The position numbers were made by a program, and so were the translations under genes. From NCBI GenBank assembly GCA_023442775.1, contig JAEZXH010000004.1, forward strand, positions 9,511-73,510: a stretch of 64,000 nt of DNA. Direction: 5' to 3'. Source of the stretch: Bacillota bacterium. Lineage in GTDB: Bacteria; Bacillota; Clostridia; Tissierellales; Peptoniphilaceae. The notes below the pieces were generated by a model. The model saw only the letters and a program-made list of their open reading frames with translations, ran no database searches and was not told the origin of the DNA. The stretch's first letter is position 1. Every line of letters starts with the position of its first letter. Shown piece after piece: positions 1 through 8,847 of the stretch.

Positions 1-153
1 AGGGAATTTCCCTTGAAAAAGCGACAAACTTTTCTTAAGAATTGCCTAAGATTTCTTACGGTTTTTCCAAAGTAGGAAAGCAAACTTTGGGTATAATAGA
101 AAAACGTACGCTGCGCCACATGGCGTAGAACCTAAATAGAAAGGAGTGATTTC

Positions 154-1923
154 TTGCGCAGTCGCCGCTTGATTGCAAGGGTCTGGCCCTATTTTCGGCG
201 CTATCGCCACATCTTGGCCCTGGACCTCTTGTGTGCATCTTTGACGACAGTCTCCGAGGTCGTGTTACCTCTGATTCTGCGCTTTATTACGAATACCACC
301 ATGCGCGATGCCTCCCTCATCACCACCGAGGTGATCCTTCGCTTGGGGGCACTGTTCATCCTCATCAAACTCATCGATGTCATCGCCGGGTACTACATGT
401 CGAGTATTGGTCACATCATGGGGGCGCGGATTGAAACCGACATGCGCGCCGACGTCTATCGCCATCTTCAGAGCATGAGCGATTCCTTCTACAACGAGAC
501 GAAGATTGGCCAGATCATGAGCCGCATCACCAACGACCTCTTCGACATTACGGAATTTGCCCACCACTGCCCCGAGGAATACTTCATCGGTGCGGTGAAG
601 ATTCTCGTGAGTTTTTGCGTCCTCATCTCCATCAACATCCCCTTGACCCTCGTCCTCTACGCCTTGATTCCCCTCATGTTTTACGGGGCGGGCCGGTATC
701 GCCACAAGATGCGCGACGCCCAGAAGTACCAACGGGTCCACATTGGGGATTTGAACTCCTCCATCGAGGACTCCCTTCTCGGGATTAGGGTGGTGAAGAG
801 TTTTGCCCAAGAGGATTACGAGATTCAAAAGTTTGAGAGCGTCAACCATCGCTTCTTGGACATCAAACGCCTTTACTACAAGGCCATGGCTGGCTTTATG
901 ACGGTGACGAAGGTCTTTGATGGGCTCATGTATCTCGTGGTCATCGTCGGCGGGGGACTCCTCCTCGTCCGCGGCTCCCTCGCCTCCGGGGACCTCATCG
1001 CCTATGTCATGTACGTGGGGACGCTCCTCACCACGGTGCGCCGGGTCGTGGAATTTACCGAGCAGTTCCAGAAGGGGATGACGGGAATCGAGCGATTCAC
1101 GGAAATCATGGACCAGCGCAGCGAGATCGTCGAGAAAAAGGACGCCAAGGACTTGGAGACGGTTCGAGGAGACATTCGCTTCGACGACGTGGACTTTGCC
1201 TATGGAAAGCATCTCGACGAGGTCCTTCACAACTTCTCCCTCCACGTCAAGGCTGGGGAACACGTGGCCCTTGTCGGTCCCTCGGGAAGTGGGAAGACCA
1301 CGGTCTGTGCCCTCATCCCCCGGTTCTATGACGTGACGGGAGGACGGGTTTCCATCGACGGCCACGACGTGCGCGACGTGACCTTAAAGAGTCTTCGGGA
1401 GGCGGTGGGCATCGTCCAACAAGACGTCTACCTCTTCTCCGGCTCCATCGCCGAGAACATTCGCTACGGACGCCCCGAGGCCACCGATGAAGAGGTGAGA
1501 GAGGCGGCGCGCCTCGCCGGGGCCACGGAGTTTATCGAGGAGCTCCCCGACGGCTTTGACACCCATGTGGGCGAGCGGGGAGTCAAACTCTCGGGCGGGC
1601 AGAAGCAGCGCATCTCCATCGCTCGCGTCTTCTTGAAAAATCCTCAGATTCTCATCTTGGACGAAGCCACCAGCGCCCTGGACAACACCAGCGAGGCCAT
1701 CATCCAATCCTCCCTCGAGGAGCTGACGAAGAATCGTACCACCATCTCCATCGCCCACCGCTTGACGACAATTACCGGCGCCGACCGGATCCTCGTCATG
1801 GGTCCGAAGGGGATTGTGGAAGAGGGAAATCACGACCAACTCATGGAGAAAAAGGGACTCTACTACGCCCTCTATACAAAAAAACTCGCCGAAGACTTCG
1901 ACGAGATGGGCCTCTTTGCCTAA
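154..1923 (+). CDS. ABC exporter, fused permease/ATP-binding subunit (MsbA/MdlB type)
   Basis: 589-aa ORF. The N-terminal half is hydrophobic. The C-terminal NBD has Walker A GPSGSGKT, signature LSGGQKQR and Walker B ILILDEAT. TTG start follows GAAAGGAG. Confidence 0.9.
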   Translation: MRSRRLIARVWPYFRRYRHILALDLLCASLTTVSEVVLPLILRFITNTTMRDASLITTEVILRLGALFILIKLIDVIAGYYMSSIGHIMGARIETDMRADVYRHLQSMSDSFYNETKIGQIMSRITNDLFDITEFAHHCPEEYFIGAVKILVSFCVLISINIPLTLVLYALIPLMFYGAGRYRHKMRDAQKYQRVHIGDLNSSIEDSLLGIRVVKSFAQEDYEIQKFESVNHRFLDIKRLYYKAMAGFMTVTKVFDGLMYLVVIVGGGLLLVRGSLASGDLIAYVMYVGTLLTTVRRVVEFTEQFQKGMTGIERFTEIMDQRSEIVEKKDAKDLETVRGDIRFDDVDFAYGKHLDEVLHNFSLHVKAGEHVALVGPSGSGKTTVCALIPRFYDVTGGRVSIDGHDVRDVTLKSLREAVGIVQQDVYLFSGSIAENIRYGRPEATDEEVREAARLAGATEFIEELPDGFDTHVGERGVKLSGGQKQRISIARVFLKNPQILILDEATSALDNTSEAIIQSSLEELTKNRTTISIAHRLTTITGADRILVMGPKGIVEEGNHDQLMEKKGLYYALYTKKLAEDFDEMGLFA

Positions 1924-1924
1924 G

Positions 1925-1954
1925 AAAAAGCGACGGCTATGCCGTCGCTTTTTT
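1925..1954. terminator. bidirectional intrinsic terminator
   Basis: AAAAA-GCGACGGC-tat-GCCGTCGC-TTTTTT lies between convergent genes. Confidence 0.8.
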
Positions 1955-1955
1955 G

Positions 1956-2207
1956 TTATCGGATGGGAACGAAGAACATGAGGAGAAGGAGGAGGACCAG
2001 GATGGGGAGAAAGATTTTTTTAAAGCGCGGGGAGGTCTCGTCGAAGATGGTGGTGAGAATGAGGGCAGAGACGACGATGATCCACCGGAGCCGTTCGTCG
2101 ATGCCATAGCGGGCAAGAGTCGTGGGAAAGAAGAGTCCTCCCGCGAGGAAGAGAGCAAAGACGAGGCGAAAGAAGAAGGAAAGAATCTTGCGTGGTTTGG
2201 TTTTCAT
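1956..2207 (-). CDS. small hydrophobic membrane protein, function unknown
   Basis: 83-aa ORF with about 3 hydrophobic helices. GGAGGT RBS sits 5 nt upstream of the ATG. A terminator follows immediately downstream. Confidence 0.55.
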   Translation of the reverse strand: MKTKPRKILSFFFRLVFALFLAGGLFFPTTLARYGIDERLRWIIVVSALILTTIFDETSPRFKKIFLPILVLLLLLMFFVPIR

Positions 2208-2364
2208 GAGACACCTCCAAGGACAGAACCGACTTTTTTCAGTATACCACAGAAAAAAAACTCTGACTTTTCAAAAGCGACGAGAATTTTTGAGAAGGAA
2301 TTCCAGGGGCCGAGGAATTTTGGTATACTATGAAAGTGAAAATCGGTATCGAAAGGAGACTGTC

Positions 2365-3105
2365 ATGGGCGCACCACTTCTACTCATGGCGGCGGGGCTC
2401 ATGGCCCTGTCGAAAACTTCATCTGCACCGGAGACGAGACCTCGGGAGTCCACCCTTTCTCTTCGCCTCTATTGCAAGGGGAGTCGTATGGGGGAAGTGG
2501 AGGTCTATCCCGTGGGAGAGGAGCTCTATGCCCCGGCGGAGGACTTGGCCCGTTGGTGCGGGGCGGGACTTACTTACTATCCCGCGAGTCAGGAGATTCT
2601 CCTCTCGAAGAAGGGGCGCACCCTCTCGTTGCGCCTCTATGACGACAGGGGAAGTCTCGACGGCGAGGCTCTCAGTGTTCCCGCGCCTTTACTGCGGGAG
2701 GGTCGGCCCGTGGTGGATCTTAGGTCGAGCCTTCGTGCCCTCGAGGTCTATTTCTGTGACGGGAGACGACAAGGGTTTCTCGCCATCGGAAAGCGCAAGA
2801 GGGAGAAGGGCTGTGGCCGGCCGCGGATGTTTTCCCTCGGGAGCCATCGGTTTTATCTCGAGGTGCCAAAGACCCTCTCCCCTCTGCGGTTTTGCGAGGA
2901 AGAGGGGTGTCTTCGCCTCTATGATGAGGACGTGGCGGTGGCGGAGTTTGGCTCCTGCGAATGCTGTGGCCTCGGGGAGTACCTCGTCGACGAGAATCAC
3001 GAGGGGTTCTTCTGCCGCATCTGTTGCCCCCATCATCCCGCAGTGGAAAATCTTCGCCCCCTCGCCATGAGTTACGCCCCGCGCACCGCGGCACTGGCCC
3101 CATAA
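2365..3105 (+). CDS. secreted protein with copper-amine-oxidase-N-like (stalk) repeat and Cys-rich C-terminus
   Basis: ATG 2365 follows GAAAGGAG. Signal-like N-terminus MGAPLLLMAAGLMAL. The segment YAPAEDLARWCGAGLTYYPASQEILLSKKGRTLSL resembles the CuAO N-terminal-like domain. The C-terminus carries 8 Cys in about 50 aa. The longer upstream ORF start (2122) was rejected. Confidence 0.55.
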   Translation: MGAPLLLMAAGLMALSKTSSAPETRPRESTLSLRLYCKGSRMGEVEVYPVGEELYAPAEDLARWCGAGLTYYPASQEILLSKKGRTLSLRLYDDRGSLDGEALSVPAPLLREGRPVVDLRSSLRALEVYFCDGRRQGFLAIGKRKREKGCGRPRMFSLGSHRFYLEVPKTLSPLRFCEEEGCLRLYDEDVAVAEFGSCECCGLGEYLVDENHEGFFCRICCPHHPAVENLRPLAMSYAPRTAALAP

Positions 3106-3131
3106 AAAAGAGCACCCGAGGGTGCTCTTTT

Positions 3132-4073
3132 TTAGTTCACTTGGTTGGGAAGGGGTTCGCCCTTGGAGAAGGCGAGGAGGTTTTCCACGGCGGCGCGGCC
3201 CATCTCCATCCGGGCTTCGACGGTGGCATTTCCCAAGTGGGGGACGAGGGTGACATTCTCCATGGCGAGGAGCTTTTCCGAGACCTTTGGCTCAAATTCG
3301 TAGACGTCGAGGGCGGCGGCTTTGATGGTCTTCTCCTCGAGGGCCTTGATGAGGGCCTCTTCCGAGACCATGGGCCCCCGAGCGGCGTTGACGAGGACGG
3401 CGGAGGGCTTCATCTTCGCGAGGGCCTCGTCGTCGATGAGGTGGTGAAGCGGACTCGTGTAGGCGGCGTGAAGGGAGAGGACGTCGGACTCTTTGAGGAG
3501 GGTCTCAAAGTCCACCGCCTTCCACGACTCTGGGGTGTCCTTGGGAGAGCGGGTGGTGTAGAGAATCTTCATCCCAAAGGCCTCTGCTCGTTCGGCGAGG
3601 TTTCTCCCAATGCGCCCGAGGCCGAAGATGCCAAGAGTCTTGCCATAGAGTTGATCCCCAAGGCCGAAGGTGGGACGCCAGCCGGTAAACTCTCCTCGAC
3701 GGGTGAGGCGATCTCCCGAGGAGATGTGGCGCAGGGCGTCGAGGATGAGGCCAAAGGTGAGTTCCGCCGTGGAGATGGCAGAGGAGGGAGCAGGAGCGTT
3801 GGTGACGGCAATGCGTCGCGCCTTCGCAGCGGCGATGTCCACGTTGTCAAAGCCCGCGCCGTAGTTGGCGACGATTTTGAGGTTTGGCGCCTCGAGGAGC
3901 TCTTCGTCAATCTTGTCCGAGAGGGGACAGAGGAGGGCGTCGGCGTCCTTCAGATGCTCGGCGAGTTCTTTCTTGGAGAGGGGGGTGAGGGAATCGTGGT
4001 ATTCCACCTCGTAGGCCTCCTTCAGGGGCGCGAGGAGTTCTTCTGGAATGCGTGCGGAGATGAACAGTTTCAT
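3132..4073 (-). CDS. D-isomer-specific 2-hydroxyacid dehydrogenase (glyoxylate/hydroxypyruvate reductase-like)
   Basis: NAD fold GIFGLGRIGRNLA, NAARG and a catalytic His context VPHLGNAT. The start was moved to MKLFISARIP (ATG 4073), which follows an AGGGAG RBS. Confidence 0.85.
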   Translation of the reverse strand: MKLFISARIPEELLAPLKEAYEVEYHDSLTPLSKKELAEHLKDADALLCPLSDKIDEELLEAPNLKIVANYGAGFDNVDIAAAKARRIAVTNAPAPSSAISTAELTFGLILDALRHISSGDRLTRRGEFTGWRPTFGLGDQLYGKTLGIFGLGRIGRNLAERAEAFGMKILYTTRSPKDTPESWKAVDFETLLKESDVLSLHAAYTSPLHHLIDDEALAKMKPSAVLVNAARGPMVSEEALIKALEEKTIKAAALDVYEFEPKVSEKLLAMENVTLVPHLGNATVEARMEMGRAAVENLLAFSKGEPLPNQVN

Positions 4074-4164
4074 AGGGTCTCCCTTCGGGTCCTTGGGCCA
4101 AGTTGGCCCCGTGTCTTCTCTTCTCATGGTGGCACAGGAGGGGCGCGATGTCAATGAAATCACG

Positions 4165-4193
4165 TTGAGAAAATAGGGCGTTCCACGTATAAT
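4165..4193 (+). promoter_or_regulatory. sigma-A type promoter of MATE gene
   Basis: TTGAGA, 17 nt spacer, TATAAT. Confidence 0.6.
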
Positions 4194-4229
4194 AAAATGT
4201 TGGTAACCAACGAAGGGAAAGGAGAAGAC

Positions 4230-5582
4230 ATGAAAGAAAACCGCCTCGGCACCGCCCCTGTGGGAAGACTCCTCTTGTCCATGAGTCTACCCATTACCAT
4301 CTCCATGCTCATTCAGGCCCTCTACAACATCGTGGACTCGATGTACGTGGCCCATTTGTCCCAGGACGCTCTGACCTCTGTCACCCTCGCCTTTCCCATT
4401 CAAAACCTCTTTATCGCCGTCGCCGTCGGGACCGGGATCGGGATGAACACCCTGGTGAGCCGTCGCCTCGGGGAACACCGGCCCGAGGAGGCGAACCAAG
4501 GGGCGTTACACGGCCTTCTCCTCTTGGCCCTGAGCTCCATTCCCTTTGTCCTCTTTGGCCTTCTCGGGGTGCGGGGCTTCTATGAGACCCAGACCACGAG
4601 CGCTACGGTGATTCAAGGGGGCATCGACTACCTCACCCCCGTCTCCTGTCTGTGTACCTTTGTCTTCTTGCAAGTCTTCTCGGAAAAGGCCCTCCAGAGT
4701 ACGGGCAGGGCGACACTATCCATGGTGACCCAAGGGGTGGGGGCCTTGGTGAACATCATCCTCGACCCGATCATGATCTTTGGCTACTTGGGAGTCCCCG
4801 CCATGGGCATCGCCGGGGCCGCCTACGCCACCATCATCGGGCAAATCTGCGGCGCCGTGGTGGGCCTTGTCATCAACCACACCCTAAACCACGACATTGA
4901 ACTGCACCCGAGCCGCTTCTCATTCTCCTGGGACATTGTGAAGCACATCTACGCCGTGGGGATTCCCTCCAGCGTCACCATGGCGATTACCTCGATTTCC
5001 ACCTACCTCATCAACGGCATTCTCGGCGCCCTCTCGCCCGTCGCCGTGGTGACCTACGGAATCTTCTTTCGGATTCAGAGCTTCGTCTTCATGCCCATCT
5101 TTGGGGTGACCAGCGGCATGGTCCCCATCATCTCCTACAACTACGGGGCCCGTCGCCTGGACCGGATGGAGGAGACGATGAAGTGGGCGACCCTTGTGAG
5201 TTGGGTCATCTCCATTGGAGGAACCCTCCTCTTTACCATGGCGCCGGAGTTCATCCTCTCCTTCTTCGACCCCGACGAGGCACTCCTTGCCATGGGGACC
5301 ACGGCGTTAAAGACCCTCGGACTCGCCTTCATCTTCTCGGGTCCGGAGATTACGGCATCGTCGATTTTCCTGGGACTTGGACGGGCGATGTTCTCCCTCG
5401 CCGGGACGGTGACCCGCCAGCTCATCTTCCTCGTGCCCATCATGGCCCTTCTCGCAAAGACCACGGGGCTCTCTGGGGTGTGGTACGGTCTCGTCATCAC
5501 CGAGGGGCTATCCTTTCTCATCTATGGCGGGTTCTTTCTCTTCATCATGCGCCAGGTGCGCCGAGAACTCGAAGAGGCGTAG
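4230..5582 (+). CDS. MATE family efflux transporter
   Basis: About 12 TM helices. The N-terminus MKENRLGTAPVGRLLLSMSLPITISMLIQALYNIVDSMYV is typical of MATE proteins. RBS GGAAAGGAG. Confidence 0.88.
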   Translation: MKENRLGTAPVGRLLLSMSLPITISMLIQALYNIVDSMYVAHLSQDALTSVTLAFPIQNLFIAVAVGTGIGMNTLVSRRLGEHRPEEANQGALHGLLLLALSSIPFVLFGLLGVRGFYETQTTSATVIQGGIDYLTPVSCLCTFVFLQVFSEKALQSTGRATLSMVTQGVGALVNIILDPIMIFGYLGVPAMGIAGAAYATIIGQICGAVVGLVINHTLNHDIELHPSRFSFSWDIVKHIYAVGIPSSVTMAITSISTYLINGILGALSPVAVVTYGIFFRIQSFVFMPIFGVTSGMVPIISYNYGARRLDRMEETMKWATLVSWVISIGGTLLFTMAPEFILSFFDPDEALLAMGTTALKTLGLAFIFSGPEITASSIFLGLGRAMFSLAGTVTRQLIFLVPIMALLAKTTGLSGVWYGLVITEGLSFLIYGGFFLFIMRQVRRELEEA

Positions 5583-5607
5583 GGACTCCCCTGCGCCTTC
5601 TCTTTTT
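5571..5607 (+). terminator. intrinsic terminator after MATE gene
   Basis: GAAGAGGCG ... GCGCCTTCTC followed by TTTTT. The TAG stop codon lies in the loop. Confidence 0.5.
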
Positions 5608-5696
5608 GATGCGATTTTCGTGTTACTAAAGTGAGACTTTCGCCAGACGATAGTCAAACGGCTTCATGGTATAATAGGAAACAAAGGAGGACGAGC

Positions 5697-6989
5697 ATGC
5701 GACTCATTCCACGTCTTCAGACCCTCTCGAGACGAGAGGCTCATTCCTTTCACTATCCGGGGCACAAGGGACGCCTTGAGGCCTTTGGGCTTCAGGACCT
5801 CCTCGCCCTGGACACCACCGAGACCTTCGGCACCGACAACCTCCTCCACCCTCGTGACATCTTGCGCCAGACCCAGGAGGAATTGGGGAAGATCTTCGGA
5901 AGTCTCTCCACCTCCATCGGCGTCGGTGGCTCCACCATGGCCCTCTACGCCTCCCTCTACGCCCTCTGCGACGAGGGGGATAAAATCGTGGTGGATCGTC
6001 GGGTTCACAAGTCCATTCATCAGATGGCGCGGCTTCTCCACCTAGAGGTGCTGAGTTTTTCCAAGGAGGCCCCCCTTCGCCGGGAGATGGTTCAAGGGGC
6101 GAAGGCCGCCGTCTTTGTCCACCCCACTTACTATGGAGAAGGGATTGATGAAAAGGCCTTCGCCCTCGCCAAGGAAGAGGGGCTCCTTCTCCTCGTCGAC
6201 GAGGCCCACGGTGCCCATCTGCCATTTTTCGACAGAAGTCGCTCTGCCCTCGACTTGGGGGCCGACCTCGTGGTCCAATCGGCGCACAAGAGTCTGCCCT
6301 CCCTCACCCAGACTGCCCTCCTCCATCGTACCAGCGACCGGGTGAGTCCAGAGGTCTTGGAGGAGGCGGTGGCCATGTTCTCCTCCACCTCTCCCTCCTA
6401 CGTCTTCATGGCGTCGGTGGAGAAGGCGGTGGATTGGATGGCGCACCATGGCAAAGAGAAGCTCCTCCTCTTGGAGGAGACCATCGACACATGTTACGAG
6501 GCCCTTGCCTCCATGGGGGTTCGCCGGCGGGACCAAGTCGACCCTTTCAAGCTCGTGATTTCCATCCCGGGAAGGACCGGGGAGGAGCTCTATCACCGCC
6601 TCTATGAGGACTTTGGCCTCGCTATGGAGTTCTACGATATGACAAGTGTCGTCGCCGTGGTCACCGTCGCCGATGAACCCGAGGACATTGAGGCCCTCAC
6701 GAGGGCGTGCCTCGCCATTGGCCCAGGGGAAGCGGATGTCCCCGCGCCCCTCTCCTTTTCCCACGTCCCCGAATGGCAGGGCCTGGGCAGGACAAGGGAG
6801 TGGGTGGAGCTCGACAAGGCTCTCGGGCGCGTTGCCTCGCACAGCCTCGTCCCCTATCCTCCGGGGATCGGGCTCATCCTCCCGGGGGAAGTCTATGATG
6901 AACGTGTCCTGACGACCTTGAGAGAGGCCCTCTCTCAGGGAATTGTCGTCGAGGGCGTCGAGGGAAGAAGAGTGGAGGTCTTTCAATGA
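5697..6989 (+). CDS. Orn/Lys/Arg decarboxylase family PLP enzyme (YaaO-like)
   Basis: PLP-lysine context QSAHKSLPSLTQ. Its position upstream of tmk-darA-holB matches B. subtilis yaaO. ATG 5697 follows AAAGGAGG, and an extended -10 TGGTATAAT lies upstream. Confidence 0.8.
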   Translation: MRLIPRLQTLSRREAHSFHYPGHKGRLEAFGLQDLLALDTTETFGTDNLLHPRDILRQTQEELGKIFGSLSTSIGVGGSTMALYASLYALCDEGDKIVVDRRVHKSIHQMARLLHLEVLSFSKEAPLRREMVQGAKAAVFVHPTYYGEGIDEKAFALAKEEGLLLLVDEAHGAHLPFFDRSRSALDLGADLVVQSAHKSLPSLTQTALLHRTSDRVSPEVLEEAVAMFSSTSPSYVFMASVEKAVDWMAHHGKEKLLLLEETIDTCYEALASMGVRRRDQVDPFKLVISIPGRTGEELYHRLYEDFGLAMEFYDMTSVVAVVTVADEPEDIEALTRACLAIGPGEADVPAPLSFSHVPEWQGLGRTREWVELDKALGRVASHSLVPYPPGIGLILPGEVYDERVLTTLREALSQGIVVEGVEGRRVEVFQ

Positions 6990-7597
6990 AGGGAAAATTT
7001 GTGGTCCTCGAAGGTGGGGACGGCTGCGGGAAGAGCACCCTTGTCTCCCGCCTCAAGGAAGAGGCATCGCGCCGCAAAAAGGACATCCTCTTCACCCGGG
7101 AACCTGGGGGGACGGAACTGGGGGAGGGGATTCGTCATCTCCTCCTCGACCCGAAGTTTCACCCCTCTGACGAGGCGGAAGCCCTCCTCTATGCCGCGGC
7201 CCGTGCCCAACACGTGAAGGAAGTCATTCGCCCGGCCCTCGAGGCGGGGCGCACCGTCTTTTGTGAACGCTACATCCTCTCCTCCTTGGCCTACCAGGGC
7301 TATGGGCGAGGCCTTTCTGTGGAGGAGGTGGGAGCCATCAACGCCTTCGCCGTGGGGGGACTTCTTCCGGATCAAGTCATCTTCGTAGATTTGCCGCCGA
7401 AGGAGGCGATGAAGCGGGTCCTAGGCCGAGAAGGGGCCACGGATCGCCTCGAGAAGGCGGGGGACGCCTTTCACCAGCGGGTCTACGAGGGCTACCTGGC
7501 CCTTCTTGGGGACGCCGCCGTCATCGACGGGACCTTGAGTCCAGAAAAACTCTTTGAAGCACTCGTCCGTTGTCTTGAGGAAAGTGAGGTATTCTAA
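6986..7597 (+). CDS. tmk: thymidylate kinase
   Basis: P-loop LEGGDGCGKST and TREPGGT, plus synteny. ATGA overlap with the upstream gene. Confidence 0.93.
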   Translation: MKGKFVVLEGGDGCGKSTLVSRLKEEASRRKKDILFTREPGGTELGEGIRHLLLDPKFHPSDEAEALLYAAARAQHVKEVIRPALEAGRTVFCERYILSSLAYQGYGRGLSVEEVGAINAFAVGGLLPDQVIFVDLPPKEAMKRVLGREGATDRLEKAGDAFHQRVYEGYLALLGDAAVIDGTLSPEKLFEALVRCLEESEVF

Positions 7598-7924
7598 ATG
7601 AAACTCGTCATTGCCATCGTCCAGGACCAGGACGCACACACCCTGATTCAGGACGCCACCAAGGAAAAATTTCGCGTCACCAAACTCTCGACCTCTGGAG
7701 GATTCTTGAAGTCGGGAAACGCCACCTTGCTCTTCGGGGTGGAGGAAGAGCGTCTCCAAGAACTCTTGGACATCATTGAACACAACGGGAAATCCAGGGA
7801 GGTGAGCACCTCTCTGATGACCGTTGTCGCCCCGGGGGGCTCCTACATTCCCTGTCCCGTCCAGGTCCAGGTCGGCGGCGCCACCGTCTTTGTCCTTGAC
7901 GTGGAACAGTTCCATCGCTTCTGA
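7598..7924 (+). CDS. darA: cyclic-di-AMP receptor, PII-like (DarA/YaaQ/PstA family)
   Basis: 108 aa. MKLVIAIVQDQDA...VTKLSTSGGFLKSGNATLL is the YaaQ hallmark. Conserved position between tmk and holB. Confidence 0.85.
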   Translation: MKLVIAIVQDQDAHTLIQDATKEKFRVTKLSTSGGFLKSGNATLLFGVEEERLQELLDIIEHNGKSREVSTSLMTVVAPGGSYIPCPVQVQVGGATVFVLDVEQFHRF

Positions 7925-8847
7925 TGAGGACCCAACTCGTCGGACACGACAAGGTCAAGGACCTTCTTTGCCAAGAACTCGCCTCGCCCCACCACGCCTA
8001 TCTCTTCATGGGGCCGCCGGGGATTGGGAAGGCGAGTCTCGCCAAGGACTTTGGGATGGCCCTTCTCTTCGGGGAAGAAGAGGCCCCGGAGGAACACCCA
8101 GATCTCATCCACCTCGTCGACGAGAAGAGCCTCAAGAAGGAGGCCATCGCCCAGGTGGTGGAAGAGGCGCAAAAGGGGGCCTACGAGGGCAGTCGGAAGG
8201 TCTTTCTTCTCGAAGACGCCCACCTTATGACCGATGCGGCGCAAAATGCCCTCTTAAAGAGTCTCGAGGAACCCCTTCCCGGGGTCTTCTTTCTCTTGAC
8301 GGCGCCGAGTCGCGAGTCCCTTCTGCCCACCATCGCAAGCCGTGTTAAGTCCATCTCCATGCGTAGCCTCTCCCGGGAGGAGTTGAAGGCGAACCTCTTG
8401 CAACAGGACCCGCGCTTAAGTCCCGAGGAGTTGGAACTCTATGCCGCCCTTGGGAAGGGGAGCCTCTCCCGGGCCATAGGGTGGATGGGCGATGGGGACC
8501 GGCTCCAGGAGCGGCGGGTCTTTCTCACAGGGGTCTTGGAGCTCAGGAAACGCTCCGGGGCCTGGGCCTTCTCCCTCGCCGAGTCCATCGGCACCGATCG
8601 AGCAAGGGCCTTGGACTATGCCCAGATGCTCGCAGATCTCTTCGAAGACGTGATGCGCCAAGGGGTGGGGCCATTTCATCACCCCGACATGACGAGGAGA
8701 CTCTCCGAGATTTCCTGGCCCCCGGGAGCGGCGGAAGCCCTCTACGACAGGGCGATGAAGCTCAAGAAGGACCTAGAACAGAATGCTCAAGTGCGCCTCC
8801 AATTCGAGGCGGCCTTTCTCTATCTCCAGGAGGTAACCCATGATTGA
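7924..8847 (+). CDS. holB: DNA polymerase III delta-prime subunit
   Basis: Walker-like GPPGIGKASLA, SRC-type motif LPTIASR, and synteny. Confidence 0.88.
   Translation: MRTQLVGHDKVKDLLCQELASPHHAYLFMGPPGIGKASLAKDFGMALLFGEEEAPEEHPDLIHLVDEKSLKKEAIAQVVEEAQKGAYEGSRKVFLLEDAHLMTDAAQNALLKSLEEPLPGVFFLLTAPSRESLLPTIASRVKSISMRSLSREELKANLLQQDPRLSPEELELYAALGKGSLSRAIGWMGDGDRLQERRVFLTGVLELRKRSGAWAFSLAESIGTDRARALDYAQMLADLFEDVMRQGVGPFHHPDMTRRLSEISWPPGAAEALYDRAMKLKKDLEQNAQVRLQFEAAFLYLQEVTHD

Noticed and set aside
17-26. Recurrence of AAAAGCGAC (17-26, 1926-1934, 2271-2279, 41521-41529)
   Set aside because: Two copies are simply the left arms of similar A-tract/GC-stem terminators. The other two are short AT-stem hairpins in promoter regions. 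At 9 nt the match is too short to separate from chance and terminator composition bias.
265-1365. 366-aa ORF antisense to the ABC exporter gene
   Set aside because: It lies opposite a gene with clear Walker and signature motifs. Its composition (Gly/Asp/His/Val-rich, no motifs) is typical of spurious antisense frames in GC-rich DNA.
2961-4157. 398-aa ORF on the plus strand
   Set aside because: It is antisense to the 2-hydroxyacid dehydrogenase, which has clear NAD-binding and catalytic motifs. It has no RBS and a Gly/Glu/Val-rich low-information sequence.
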